A DNA stretch of 64,000 nt, taken from positions 47,851 through 111,850 of the forward strand of contig MFOC01000003.1 in assembly GCA_001782235.1 (NCBI GenBank), read 5' to 3'. The first letter of the stretch is position 1. Every line of letters starts with the position of its first letter. Below are positions 9,085 through 18,048 of the stretch, piece after piece. The translations under genes and the position numbers were made by a program. The notes beneath the pieces are model-generated. The model was not told the DNA's origin. It searched no databases and was given only the letters and a program-made list of their open reading frames with translations. This stretch comes from Candidatus Levybacteria bacterium RIFCSPHIGHO2_02_FULL_40_18 (GTDB lineage: Bacteria > Patescibacteriota > Microgenomatia > Levybacterales > GWA1-39-11).

Positions 9085-10143
9085 ATGAGAACAATATCTT
9101 TCATTATTCCTTGCCATAACGAGGAAAAAAGACTAAATAAAACATTTGCCGCCCTACGCCTTGTTCAGGGCGAGCTTCCTCGTGGAATTCGACTTGCCGA
9201 AGTAATATTCGTAGATGACGGCTCAACCGACAAAACTTTTCCAAAGCTTTCAACTCTCGCACAAGAGAACTCTAGTCTTCCTGTATCTATAGTTTCTTAT
9301 AAAAAGAGGCTCGGAAAAGATAAGGCGGCAAGAGAAGGCATAAAGCATTCCGTTTCAAAGTTCAATCTGATTTTAAAACCCGATATGTCAAACCTCAAAA
9401 AAGAACTTGCTAAACTTTATCATAAACCCAAAAGGTTGAGAAGAAAACCCCCATTAGTTTCAGTCATTATGCCCGTCTATAACTCACAAGAGTATATTGA
9501 TAAGGCAGTTCAAAGTGTTTTAAGTCAAACATTTAAGGATTTTGAGCTTATCATTGTTGATGACCATTCAGCTGATAAAAGTTGGAATATAATCAAAAGG
9601 TATGCCCGAAAATCAAAGAAAATTAAATCTCTCAGAAATCGCAAAAAAATAGGGCTTCCAATTTCTGTCAAACGTGCACTTGAGAAAGCTAGGGGGGACT
9701 ATATCACAAAGATTGAAAGCGATGATCTTTGTTATAAAACGCGTTTTGAGAAACAGGTAAGATACCTTAATAAAAATAGACGGACAGTGGCGGTTGGAAC
9801 TCAATATTTATTTATCAATGAAAGAGGGAGAAAGGTTAATAAAAAGGTATCTCCACCTTTATTTGAGAGGATAAACCAATATATCTATCGTTTTCTACCG
9901 GTTCAACAACCTGCGCTCATGATAGCTAAAAAACGTTTGCCTCGCAATTTTGACTTTTACAATTATGACACGGATTCTTTGGAAGACACAGAGTTAGTTT
10001 ACAAACTTTCAAAATATGGAGAAGTTGAAAATCTACCATACACGCTTCTTAGATATAGACTAGATAACGATTATTCATTGCTTGAAACATTAAGAAAAAT
10101 TTACTTTTTGTTCTTCGTTTCACGCATAAAGGAGACCATATGA
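9085..10143 (+). CDS. Glycosyltransferase family 2 protein with two tandem GT-A N-terminal motifs
   Basis: ISFIIPCHNEEKRL...VIFVDDGSTDKT and VSVIMPVYNSQEYIDKAVQSVLSQTFKDFELIIVDDHSADKS. DxD-type (ESDD) motif. Confidence 0.75.
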   Translation: MRTISFIIPCHNEEKRLNKTFAALRLVQGELPRGIRLAEVIFVDDGSTDKTFPKLSTLAQENSSLPVSIVSYKKRLGKDKAAREGIKHSVSKFNLILKPDMSNLKKELAKLYHKPKRLRRKPPLVSVIMPVYNSQEYIDKAVQSVLSQTFKDFELIIVDDHSADKSWNIIKRYARKSKKIKSLRNRKKIGLPISVKRALEKARGDYITKIESDDLCYKTRFEKQVRYLNKNRRTVAVGTQYLFINERGRKVNKKVSPPLFERINQYIYRFLPVQQPALMIAKKRLPRNFDFYNYDTDSLEDTELVYKLSKYGEVENLPYTLLRYRLDNDYSLLETLRKIYFLFFVSRIKETI

Positions 10144-10370
10144 ATAAAGTTCTATTAAATTCACTGGGAGTTGCAGGATTAATAACCTTGTTAGTATTGG
10201 CCTATGTTGGTTTTGCCCTACTTAACCTTGAGAAAAAACGGGCTGAAAACGAAGCTAGATATCAATGCGCTGTTTCCTCAAAATATGAAATCCGCGACGG
10301 AGACGCAAATGTTTCTTTTCCTGTTAAAGAGGTTTATAAGGAATGTCTTCGCGAGAAAGAAATTGACTAA
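10140..10370 (+). CDS. Small single-TM protein (hypothetical)
   Basis: Start overlaps the stop of the GT2 gene (ATGA). N-terminal TM helix. Confidence 0.3.
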   Translation: MNKVLLNSLGVAGLITLLVLAYVGFALLNLEKKRAENEARYQCAVSSKYEIRDGDANVSFPVKEVYKECLREKEID

Positions 10371-10381
10371 TATTAACCCTT

Positions 10382-13300
10382 ATGGAATTTATCAAGCGTT
10401 TTATATTCCCGTTTCTTTTAGTTGTTTTAACAGTTTTTATATCTTTTCTAAACTATACTCCCGGAACCTTTCTTACAGGCTGGGATACTCTTCATCCTGA
10501 GTTTAATTTTGCGCAAAACTTCTCAAATATATTCTTCGGAGTTTTTAGAACCGATCAAGGTTTAGGGGCTGTTGCCGCGCATGCACATATGGCGGAACTT
10601 CCACGCCTAGTCTTATTATGGCTTTTTTCCTTCATCTTTCCTCTCTCATTCCTACGCTACTCTATTATATTTTTGTGTTTCATCCTAGGACCCTTGGGAG
10701 TCTACTTTTTCACGAAACGAGTCCTCAATCTCTACAACAATCTAACAATCGAACAATGGAGCAATTCAATTCCTGCTTTCCTTGCGTCCCTAATCTACAT
10801 CTTTAATCTTGGAACCGTCCAGCATTTTTATGTTCCTTTTGAGATGTTCACAATACAATATGCGGCTCTTCCTTGGCTCTTCTTAACAGCTTTAAGATTT
10901 ATAGAAAAGGGCACGAACTTGGCTCTTTTGTTATTTGCTATCGTAACACTTCTTGCTTCACCCATAGCCTATGCCTCGGTTCTATGGTACGCATACTTTG
11001 CATTTCTACTGTTGTTTCTTATCACATATTCAGTACTAAAACGGCAAAGAAAAGTTCTATTGCGAAGCCTATTCCTCGTCATAACTACCCTCGTCGTCAA
11101 TGCCTATTGGATTCTGCCAAATATGTATTTTTTGGCAAACGGTGCTAGTAATGTTTCCTTGGCCCAAACGAATAAAATTTTTTCAGATGAAGCTTTTCTA
11201 TACAACAAGGAGTATGGAAATATTTTGGATACGGCCATACTTCGAAACTTCTTATTTTCCTGGACGCAATCAAAAGACGTTCATACAACTGAAGACCTCC
11301 TTTCTGCCTGGAAAACGCATCTTAACAATCCTATTACTTTAACTATCGGGTACGCTGTTTTTGTCATAGTCTTGATAGGAATTTTAATCACCTTGATTAG
11401 GAAAAAGTCGATAGGAATAGCGTTTATCCCAGGCTTCCTGTTTTCCCTAATTATGGTTATGAACATGAACCCTCCTTTTGAAACTCTTTTTTCTTTTCTG
11501 CGAGAAACAAGCCCGATCTTTCGTGAAGCTTTAAGATTCCCATTTACGAAATTCTCAATCCTGCTTATGTTTTCTATGAGCTTCTTTTTTGCGGTTTGCT
11601 TGGCGCAAATCTTGAAAGCAGGGCAAAAGATAAAACCAGCCTATCTAAAAAGCGTCCTGCCTTTGGGAATTGCTTTAGTATTTTCAGCAAGTCTTGCATT
11701 TTATGGCGCGCCGATGTTCAAAGGCGAACTTATTAATCGCCAAATGAGAATTGCAATTCCACCTTACTACTTTGAATTATTTGACTATCTTTCCAAAAAA
11801 CCACAAGGTGCGCGCGTTGCCCCCCTACCGCTTCAATCCCTTTGGGGTTGGGAATACTATAACTGGCGCTATCAGGGAGCAGGTTTTATATGGTTTGGAA
11901 TTAAGCAGCCGGTTTTAGCCCGTGACTTTGACCGTTGGAACGCCCCCAACGAGCAGTATTTCCGCGAGATGTCTACTGCTGTCTATTCACGGGACGTAGG
12001 CCAGATTGAGGCCTTAGCTCGCAAATACAGAATTTCATATTTTCTTTTGGATGAAAGCGTTGTTTTTCCGGGCTACAAGCAAAATGCACTTTGGCATTAT
12101 GAGACGCACGATACTTTTAAAAAATCACGCCACATAAAACTTGAGAAACAGTTCGGATATCTTTATCTTTATAAAGTTGATGAATTTTTGACCGGCGAAG
12201 GCTACGTGCAACAACCGCAAAATATAATATCTGTGGCACCGCAAATTACAGGTGGATTTGTTGATCTTGCGACACAAAATCATGGCGATTACATTACTTT
12301 AGAAGAACCGGATTTCACTTATTTTTCGCGCTCTTTTGTTGATCGTTATGATCGAGTAGATCCTGCAAATATCAGTTTCTTAGGAGATAAACTCATCTTA
12401 AGACTTGGTAAGAATAAGGGATATAGCCTTACGGATTCATGGAAGTCTAATGATATTTTTCCCGAGTTTATGAGGAATTCTTATGATTTATCAATTGAAG
12501 AACAGGGCAATCCTTTCATAGTTGATGATGAACAATTCATTTTCTTTCCAGCAACATCAAGTCCTGTTAATGTCTCGGCTTCCCTTGAAGTGCCGGAGAA
12601 CTGTGGAGGAGCTTTACAAAGTTCAAAATCTCGCGTTATAAGACTTACTGACGCGGTTGCCTTCATAGCAAGGAATGGATCATCGTGTGGTTTTATTACA
12701 TTTTCAAGCGCAAAACAGGATTTTGGAAGTATCCTAATAATTGAAGCGAGAAATCTTAAGGGGTTGCCAACAAGACTTTGTATTAGCGAGAATATTACCG
12801 AGAGATGTGGAATTTACACTGCCCTTGACCCTGGAAATTCTTGGAAGAGATATGTTTTCATAATTCCACCCCTACCATCAGGGGGAAGTGGCTATGCAGT
12901 GCATTTCAATACGGTTGGAATCGGCAATGAGGAAAGCGAGAATGAGATCAGGTTCGCACAGCTTATCCAAATTCCTTATTATCGCATCGCAAATCTCTCT
13001 TTTGTTAAGAACGGGTACGTACTCAAAACAAATGGCGTTTCAATTATATCATCGCTTGAGATCAATCCTACTCTCTACACTACTCTTATCTCCGCTAAAA
13101 ATAATGAGGACGGTCTTATTGCCTTGTTCAAGGCCTTTGATCCGGGGTGGCAAGCTTATCAAGTCAATGTCAAATGTCAAATGTCAAATGTCAAATGTTC
13201 GCTTGCTATGGCTCTTCCCTTTTTATTCGGAAGCGAAATTGGCGAGCATGTTGAGGTGAATGGCTGGGCTAACGGCTGGCTCCTAAATTCGATCAATGAT

Positions 13301-13432
13301 CAAAGATCTAAGATCAAAGATCTAATTGTGATCGTCTATCTTCCCCAGTATCTTGAGTATGCTGGATTCGCTATTCTTATAATAACATTTTGTGTATTAT
13401 CGGGTAGAGTTCTTTTAAAGAGGAGTGAATAA
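10382..13432 (+). CDS. Large polytopic membrane protein (1016 aa) with a big extracytoplasmic C-terminal domain. Putative GT-C-type glycosyltransferase (AftD/DUF3367-like).
   Basis: More than 12 predicted TM helices in the first ~480 aa, followed by a ~500 aa soluble domain and a C-terminal TM. The family assignment is by architecture only. Confidence 0.5.
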   Translation: MEFIKRFIFPFLLVVLTVFISFLNYTPGTFLTGWDTLHPEFNFAQNFSNIFFGVFRTDQGLGAVAAHAHMAELPRLVLLWLFSFIFPLSFLRYSIIFLCFILGPLGVYFFTKRVLNLYNNLTIEQWSNSIPAFLASLIYIFNLGTVQHFYVPFEMFTIQYAALPWLFLTALRFIEKGTNLALLLFAIVTLLASPIAYASVLWYAYFAFLLLFLITYSVLKRQRKVLLRSLFLVITTLVVNAYWILPNMYFLANGASNVSLAQTNKIFSDEAFLYNKEYGNILDTAILRNFLFSWTQSKDVHTTEDLLSAWKTHLNNPITLTIGYAVFVIVLIGILITLIRKKSIGIAFIPGFLFSLIMVMNMNPPFETLFSFLRETSPIFREALRFPFTKFSILLMFSMSFFFAVCLAQILKAGQKIKPAYLKSVLPLGIALVFSASLAFYGAPMFKGELINRQMRIAIPPYYFELFDYLSKKPQGARVAPLPLQSLWGWEYYNWRYQGAGFIWFGIKQPVLARDFDRWNAPNEQYFREMSTAVYSRDVGQIEALARKYRISYFLLDESVVFPGYKQNALWHYETHDTFKKSRHIKLEKQFGYLYLYKVDEFLTGEGYVQQPQNIISVAPQITGGFVDLATQNHGDYITLEEPDFTYFSRSFVDRYDRVDPANISFLGDKLILRLGKNKGYSLTDSWKSNDIFPEFMRNSYDLSIEEQGNPFIVDDEQFIFFPATSSPVNVSASLEVPENCGGALQSSKSRVIRLTDAVAFIARNGSSCGFITFSSAKQDFGSILIIEARNLKGLPTRLCISENITERCGIYTALDPGNSWKRYVFIIPPLPSGGSGYAVHFNTVGIGNEESENEIRFAQLIQIPYYRIANLSFVKNGYVLKTNGVSIISSLEINPTLYTTLISAKNNEDGLIALFKAFDPGWQAYQVNVKCQMSNVKCSLAMALPFLFGSEIGEHVEVNGWANGWLLNSINDQRSKIKDLIVIVYLPQYLEYAGFAILIITFCVLSGRVLLKRSE
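13163..13198 (+). repeat. Heptanucleotide tandem repeat (tcaaatg x4 plus a partial copy) inside the 1016-aa membrane protein CDS
   Basis: gtcaatgtcaaatgtcaaatgtcaaatgtcaaatgttc encodes VNVKCQMSNVKCS. The unit length of 7 is not a multiple of 3. Confidence 0.8.
13291..13333 (+). repeat. In-frame palindromic mini-element (aagatctaagatcaaagatctaat) inside the 1016-aa CDS. It is homologous to the insert in pth.
   Basis: gatcaatgatcaaagatctaagatcaaagatctaattgtgatc encodes INDQRSKIKDLIVI. Compare 21459-21495 in pth, which encodes DPRSKIQDLI. Confidence 0.6.
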
Positions 13433-13670
13433 GTAACGAATAGAAGATCACACAAAATATTGTTTGTCAAGAGGGTAATTTAATCTCCCCAAGTTTTCCA
13501 CATTTTCTCTAAGTAATTTAAAACAGTTTGATAATTCAGTCTAAATTGATTATAAAATTACTCTGGGTCTATCATTTTTGGAGCGGAAAAAAGCTATAGG
13601 TTGCATTATTTCGAGATTTTATGCTATACTTTATTCAGTGTCTAAGATTTAAGATTTAAGATTTAAGAAA

Positions 13671-13877
13671 TTGCTTACATCTTACAACTTAAAACTTACA
13701 AACTTGACTATGAAACTTTTAAAGCTCCTCAGGACACAAAAAAAGGCAGGTAACTTAAATATTGCTCGCGCTGGAAAAGTGATTGACTTTTATCAAGATT
13801 CAATTGAAAAAATAGGTAGGGATCAGATTAAAAAGCTGGTCGAAAAGGGTTTGAGCATCCCAGTGTTTACTCTCTGA
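13671..13877 (+). CDS. Small hypothetical protein (68 aa) in a long intergenic region
   Basis: ORF preceded by a TATACT-like box (13626-13631) and a taagatt x3 repeat. No recognisable domain. Confidence 0.25.
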   Translation: MLTSYNLKLTNLTMKLLKLLRTQKKAGNLNIARAGKVIDFYQDSIEKIGRDQIKKLVEKGLSIPVFTL

Positions 13878-14195
13878 CTTGCATCGGGCAGTATAACGCT
13901 GGGATACAAGTGATATCCTTGAGTGCGCGGGGATACAAAAAAGAGCATCGCTTTCGCTACTGTGAAAATAAATCCTTGAGTACGAAAAGCAATGCTCTTT
14001 TAAAAATTAGCTATTAGTCTTTAGGCAGGAAAAGACTAGGCTATGGGGATAAAGCTAGCAAAAGAAAAATCTTTTGTCAAGAAAATCTGACGAAGCAAAA
14101 ATCAGCGATTTAGGCTGTCCATAAAAGATTTTTCATGTCCCAAAAAACATAGCTAAATCCCGATTTGATCGGGATAAATTTGTCTTTTCTAAAAA

Positions 14196-14238
14196 AGGGG
14201 GTAGGAGTGTTGGGCAGGCATTCTTACCCCCTTTTTGT
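14196..14238. terminator. Bidirectional intrinsic terminator, likely terminating the PIN-TRAM gene on the minus strand
   Basis: GC-rich stem gggggtagg...cttaccccc (14196-14231) with T-runs on both sides (aaaaaa upstream, tttttgt downstream). Confidence 0.45.
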
Positions 14239-14308
14239 ATGGAAACCCCTTTTTGTATTAAACTGTGAAAATTAAGCCATTGCCGGCCCAAATTTTCACG
14301 AATTTTTA

Positions 14309-15106
14309 TTAGTTGCCTGCCGTTTTTATTTTGGAGAAGAGGATTTTGCCGGCGTCTGTTTGAATAATTCGCGAGACTTCTACCTGAACGGTTTTGCCAA
14401 CTGAACTCTTCCCTTGTTCCACGACCAACATGGTGCCGTCGGGTAAATACCCTACCCCCTGATTTAGGCCTTTCCCCTCCTGAACTATTTTTACAAAAAA
14501 CTCCTCACCCGGTAATGCTGTGGTTTTAAGAATGTTGGTCATCTCATAAAGATCAATGGCGCGAACATTTGAGATTTTTGCCTTTTTTGCCAAATTATAA
14601 TCGCACGTAACAATTCTGCCTTTAAATTTTTTGGCATGGTCAATAATTGATTCATCTACCGGCTTTATGAGCTCATCGGGTATTATCTTTACCCTTATCC
14701 CTCGGGTCTTTTTGAACTTTTCAAGCGCATCCATTGCGCGCCGGCCTCGCTCCTTTTTGATAGCGTCTTTTGAATCCGATATATTTTTAAGCTCGGTCAG
14801 CACACTCTCTAAAACTATGAAGTTGCCGTAAAGCGCTCCAATTCTTGCCAAATCAAAAGTCCTCATGTCAATAATTGCCGAAGTATCAAGAAAAACCGCA
14901 TTGTCAATTTTTTTATCTTTTCTAACTTTTTTTGTTCGACGGTGCGGGATTGTGCTAACCACAACCTTCCCCACCTCTTCTGCAATTTGACGAATCACGC
15001 GGGGCGGTAACATTAGATTCTCAAGAACCTCTGATCCAACCGCTCTCGCCATCTCCACCCCGCCGGTTTTACGTTTTAAGTTTTTAGTTTTAAGTTTATC
15101 GCTCAT
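14309..15106 (-). CDS. PIN-domain plus TRAM-domain protein (YacL-like)
   Basis: PIN core (AVFLDTSAIIDMR...IVLESVLTELKNI). C-terminal TRAM-like beta segment (EEFFVKIVQEGKG...GKTVQVEVSRIIQTDAGKILFSK). Confidence 0.65.
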   Translation of the reverse strand: MSDKLKTKNLKRKTGGVEMARAVGSEVLENLMLPPRVIRQIAEEVGKVVVSTIPHRRTKKVRKDKKIDNAVFLDTSAIIDMRTFDLARIGALYGNFIVLESVLTELKNISDSKDAIKKERGRRAMDALEKFKKTRGIRVKIIPDELIKPVDESIIDHAKKFKGRIVTCDYNLAKKAKISNVRAIDLYEMTNILKTTALPGEEFFVKIVQEGKGLNQGVGYLPDGTMLVVEQGKSSVGKTVQVEVSRIIQTDAGKILFSKIKTAGN

Positions 15107-15127
15107 AGACTTTTTATTATATCACCT

Positions 15128-16618
15128 TCAACTAGAGGCTGATCCGTCTTTGGCGGAAATAATTACATCCTGTAGAAACTTAAATTTCTCACTTGTTATT
15201 ATATTTTTAAATCCAAATTTTTTGGCTTCTTTCATCCGCTGTTTTATGTTACTCACTTCTTTTAGTTCTCCAAGGAGTCCTATCTCTGCTATGGCAACTG
15301 CGTTGATGGGCTTGTTTTTAAATGATGAAACTAGGGCGAGACAAGCAGCCAAATCTCCCGCAGTCTCGGTGATTCTAAGACCTGAGACAACATTCACATA
15401 AACATCAAAACGATCAAGGGGTATTTTTGCATGTTTTTGCATAACGGCAAGAAGAAGTTCGATTCTTGTTGATGCTATTCCGTTTGACACGCGTCGAGGG
15501 TACGAGAGATTTGATGGAACAACTAATGCTTGGATTTCGCAAAGCAATGGCCGCGTGCCCTCCATAACAACCGTAAGGCAAGATCCGGGCACGCGCTTTT
15601 TATTCTTATCCATGAAAAATCCCGAATCACGAACCTCTACAATTCCCCGCTCTTCCATTGCGAAGATCCCGACCTCCGATGAGTCTCCGAATCTGTTTTT
15701 AAATGCGCGCAAAATCCTTGTCGAGCTGTCGGTTTGCCCCGATTTGATCGGGGTTGATGCGCAAGACTCAAGATATAAAACACAATCAACCATGTGGGAG
15801 AGCGACATGGGGCCTGCAACCTCTCCCTCTTTTGTCACGTGTCCGATGATAAAAACAGGGACTCCATTCTTCTTGGCAAAAGAAACAATCCTTGAGGTCG
15901 CGTGTCTAATCTGAGGAAGGGATCCGGCAAAACCCGGCACATTATCGCTTGCCATTGCTTGAATGGAATCAATAATTAATAGATCTGGATTAATTTTTTG
16001 CGCTGCCACAATTACGCTTTCTAGGTTCCCGTTTGAAAAAATAAAGAGATTGTCGCTCTCCTTGACTCCAATTCTTTCTGCGCGAATCTTAATCTGACCC
16101 TCAGATTCCTCCCCGCTCACATACAACACTCTGTTCTCGGTTTTCGGTTTTCGGTTTTCCGTTCCCTGTTTACCTGTTTTCAGTTTGTCTGTTTTTAAAA
16201 CTGAACGACCGACAACTGACTGACTGGAGTCTGACAACTGAGAACTGAGAACCGATAACTGGGAAGCGCCATGAGTGATGTTTTTTGCAAGTTCAAGAAG
16301 AAGTGTGGATTTTCCAACGCCGGGATCTCCGGACAAAAGGACCGCAGAACCGGCCACAATTCCTCCTCCCAAAACCCTATTGAACTCGGAAAATCCAGTT
16401 GAAATTCGAGAAGCGGCTTCACTTTTTACCTTACCAATTTGTATAGGAACGCTTGATGCAAAATCAAGGCTTGTAGATGTTTTTGAAGGAGCTTCAACTT
16501 TAAACTCGGAAAACGTATTCCATGCCTGACACGAGGGACACCTACCGTACCACTTACTCGATTCATAACCACACGCCGAACAAATAAACGCCGTTCTTTT
16601 CATAAATTCAAAAATCAA
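15128..16618 (-). CDS. radA: DNA repair protein RadA/Sms (Zn finger, RecA-like ATPase and Lon-like domains) carrying an in-frame ~45 aa low-complexity insertion
   Basis: N-terminal CxxC...CxxC. Walker A GDPGVGKSTLLLEL, then ...VLYVSGEES. KNGVPVFIIGHVTKEG. A C-terminal Lon-like region. The segment between Walker A and VLYVSGEE is expanded (ITHGASQLSVLSSQLSDSSQSVVGRSVLKTDKLKTGKQGTENRKPKTENR). Confidence 0.85.
   Translation of the reverse strand: MIFEFMKRTAFICSACGYESSKWYGRCPSCQAWNTFSEFKVEAPSKTSTSLDFASSVPIQIGKVKSEAASRISTGFSEFNRVLGGGIVAGSAVLLSGDPGVGKSTLLLELAKNITHGASQLSVLSSQLSDSSQSVVGRSVLKTDKLKTGKQGTENRKPKTENRVLYVSGEESEGQIKIRAERIGVKESDNLFIFSNGNLESVIVAAQKINPDLLIIDSIQAMASDNVPGFAGSLPQIRHATSRIVSFAKKNGVPVFIIGHVTKEGEVAGPMSLSHMVDCVLYLESCASTPIKSGQTDSSTRILRAFKNRFGDSSEVGIFAMEERGIVEVRDSGFFMDKNKKRVPGSCLTVVMEGTRPLLCEIQALVVPSNLSYPRRVSNGIASTRIELLLAVMQKHAKIPLDRFDVYVNVVSGLRITETAGDLAACLALVSSFKNKPINAVAIAEIGLLGELKEVSNIKQRMKEAKKFGFKNIITSEKFKFLQDVIISAKDGSASS
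16125..16265. repeat. MITE-like imperfect inverted-repeat element inserted in frame within radA
   Basis: The arms ctcggttttcggttttcgg...ctgttttcagtttgtctgttttt | aaaactgaacgaccgacaactgactg...gagaaccgataactgg are inverted copies of each other. A related copy is intergenic at 25945-26090. Confidence 0.5.
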
Positions 16619-16706
16619 AAGTCAAAGGTCAAAAGTTAAAGTAAAAAGTGTTAAAAACTTTTAAATTTTGAATTGCAATTTTGAATTTTGCATTTTGACT
16701 TTTGAC
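16619..16706. promoter_or_regulatory. Palindromic AT-rich spacer between the S1-protein gene and radA. Likely terminator and promoter region.
   Basis: aaaatcaaaagtcaaaggtcaaaagt ... acttttgacttttgac form an inverted repeat around a central aaatttt core. Confidence 0.3.
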
Positions 16707-17975
16707 TTATCTGTAGCCGATAGGTATTGCTTTCAGGATTGGCGAGAGGATAATTACGCGGCGCCTACCATCAAAGTCAACAACAACGGCTTCAACGTCC
16801 TGCCCCACATCATATGTTGTGCCGGAAGGAATTTTGTCCGAGGGAATAAATCCATTGACGCCCCCTCCGGGCCGGAGGCCCTCAGGGCCGGAGGCATCTT
16901 CAATTGCAAGGGTTATTCCGCGGGTTTTAACCTCAGTCACCGTTCCGCGAACCTTCTCTTCGACTTTGTATTTGTTTCGAACGTTTGCAAATACATCTTC
17001 TAGTGTCTTTTTAATTGAAAGATTTACTCTTCTATTCGCTGTGTCAATCTCAAGAACTTCTGCCTTTATTTTACCTCCGACTTTATATGATGCCCCTAAG
17101 TTCTCCACGCGCGCATAGGAAATCTCAGATATGTGAACAAATCCTTCGACAACAGCTTCCCCTTTCCCTCCTGGGCCGGAGGCCTGCTCTCTGAGTCCCG
17201 AGGCTCTCCGAGTCGGGGACCGGGCCGGAGGCTCAATTTTTACGAAAAGTCCGTAAGGTGCAACCTCTGTGATCTCAGCTTCTATAATTTCGCCGGGCTT
17301 AAGAAGCGCTTTTATAGAATCGATATTTGTGAGAAAAAAGGTTGCTTTCTCTGAAAAAACGGCTCGTTTTTTAGAACGATCATATTCAAGTATTTTAACT
17401 TTTATTTTTGCGCCCGGACCAATAGATTCTTGGGAAAGTATCTGTGAGGCCGGCAAAAATCCGCGAACTCCTTCTCCTGTCAATGTAAAATATCCGCCAC
17501 GGGTAGGCTCCGCAACTTCAACCTCAAAAGCTTCATCGCGGCGAGCCAAATCTTCAAACTTATTAAAGATAATATCGTCAAGCATTCGACGCAGGGAAAC
17601 AACCGGAAAACCTTCTTCTGATTCTGGCGAAATAACAGTTGCCGTAACGCGGTCCCCAACCTTAAGATTTGCTAATAGATTCTCCAAGTTTTGCTTATCA
17701 AATTCAATTACTAAAGCGTCTCCCTTAGCCCCGATGTCCATTAAAATCTCTTGTGGGGTGAGTTTTTTGATAATACCTGAAACAGCCTGCCCTTTCTGAA
17801 GAACCTGGAAAAACGAGCCTTGTTTGGCCATTAACTCGCCCATCGAGGAAGCTGGCTTCCGAGACCCTGAGCTTGTCGAACGGGTTAACTCAGCCATCGA
17901 GCCCGCAGGCTTGCCCTGAGCTTGTCGAACGGGTTTAGAAGAGTTTTTTGTTTTCGGTTTTAAGTTGTCTACCAC
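16707..17975 (-). CDS. S1 RNA-binding domain protein (ribosomal protein S1-like, about four S1 repeats). It carries two in-frame GC-rich inserts and an N-terminal tandem duplication.
   Basis: Repeated S1 motifs (GDRVTATVISPE..., GAKIKVKILEYD..., GEIIEAEITEVAPYGLFVKI, GGKIKAEVLEIDTANRRVNLSIK, VRGTVTEVKTRGITLAIED). The N-terminus has a 45-bp tandem duplication (KPVRQAQGKPAGSMAEL / RKPASSMGEL). Confidence 0.6.
   Translation of the reverse strand: MVDNLKPKTKNSSKPVRQAQGKPAGSMAELTRSTSSGSRKPASSMGELMAKQGSFFQVLQKGQAVSGIIKKLTPQEILMDIGAKGDALVIEFDKQNLENLLANLKVGDRVTATVISPESEEGFPVVSLRRMLDDIIFNKFEDLARRDEAFEVEVAEPTRGGYFTLTGEGVRGFLPASQILSQESIGPGAKIKVKILEYDRSKKRAVFSEKATFFLTNIDSIKALLKPGEIIEAEITEVAPYGLFVKIEPPARSPTRRASGLREQASGPGGKGEAVVEGFVHISEISYARVENLGASYKVGGKIKAEVLEIDTANRRVNLSIKKTLEDVFANVRNKYKVEEKVRGTVTEVKTRGITLAIEDASGPEGLRPGGGVNGFIPSDKIPSGTTYDVGQDVEAVVVDFDGRRRVIILSPILKAIPIGYR
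16867..16895. repeat. GC-rich direct-repeat mini-element (gggccggaggc cctca gggccggaggc) inserted in frame in the S1-protein gene. It encodes ASGPEGLRPGG.
   Basis: The 11-mer gggccggaggc occurs twice, separated by cctca. Copies lie at 17171-17233 and 61217-61252. Confidence 0.65.
17171..17233. repeat. Second, expanded copy of the gggccggaggc element in the S1-protein gene. The two 11-mers are separated by 39 bp.
   Basis: ctgggccggaggcctgctctctgagtcccgaggctctccgagtcggggaccgggccggaggctc encodes EPPARSPTRRASGLREQASGPGG. Confidence 0.6.
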
Positions 17976-18048
17976 TCATTAACAACCTCATTTCTTAAAA
18001 GTTTCCCCAATTTTAACACATCCGCCTTTTTTTTGCTATAATTCACTT

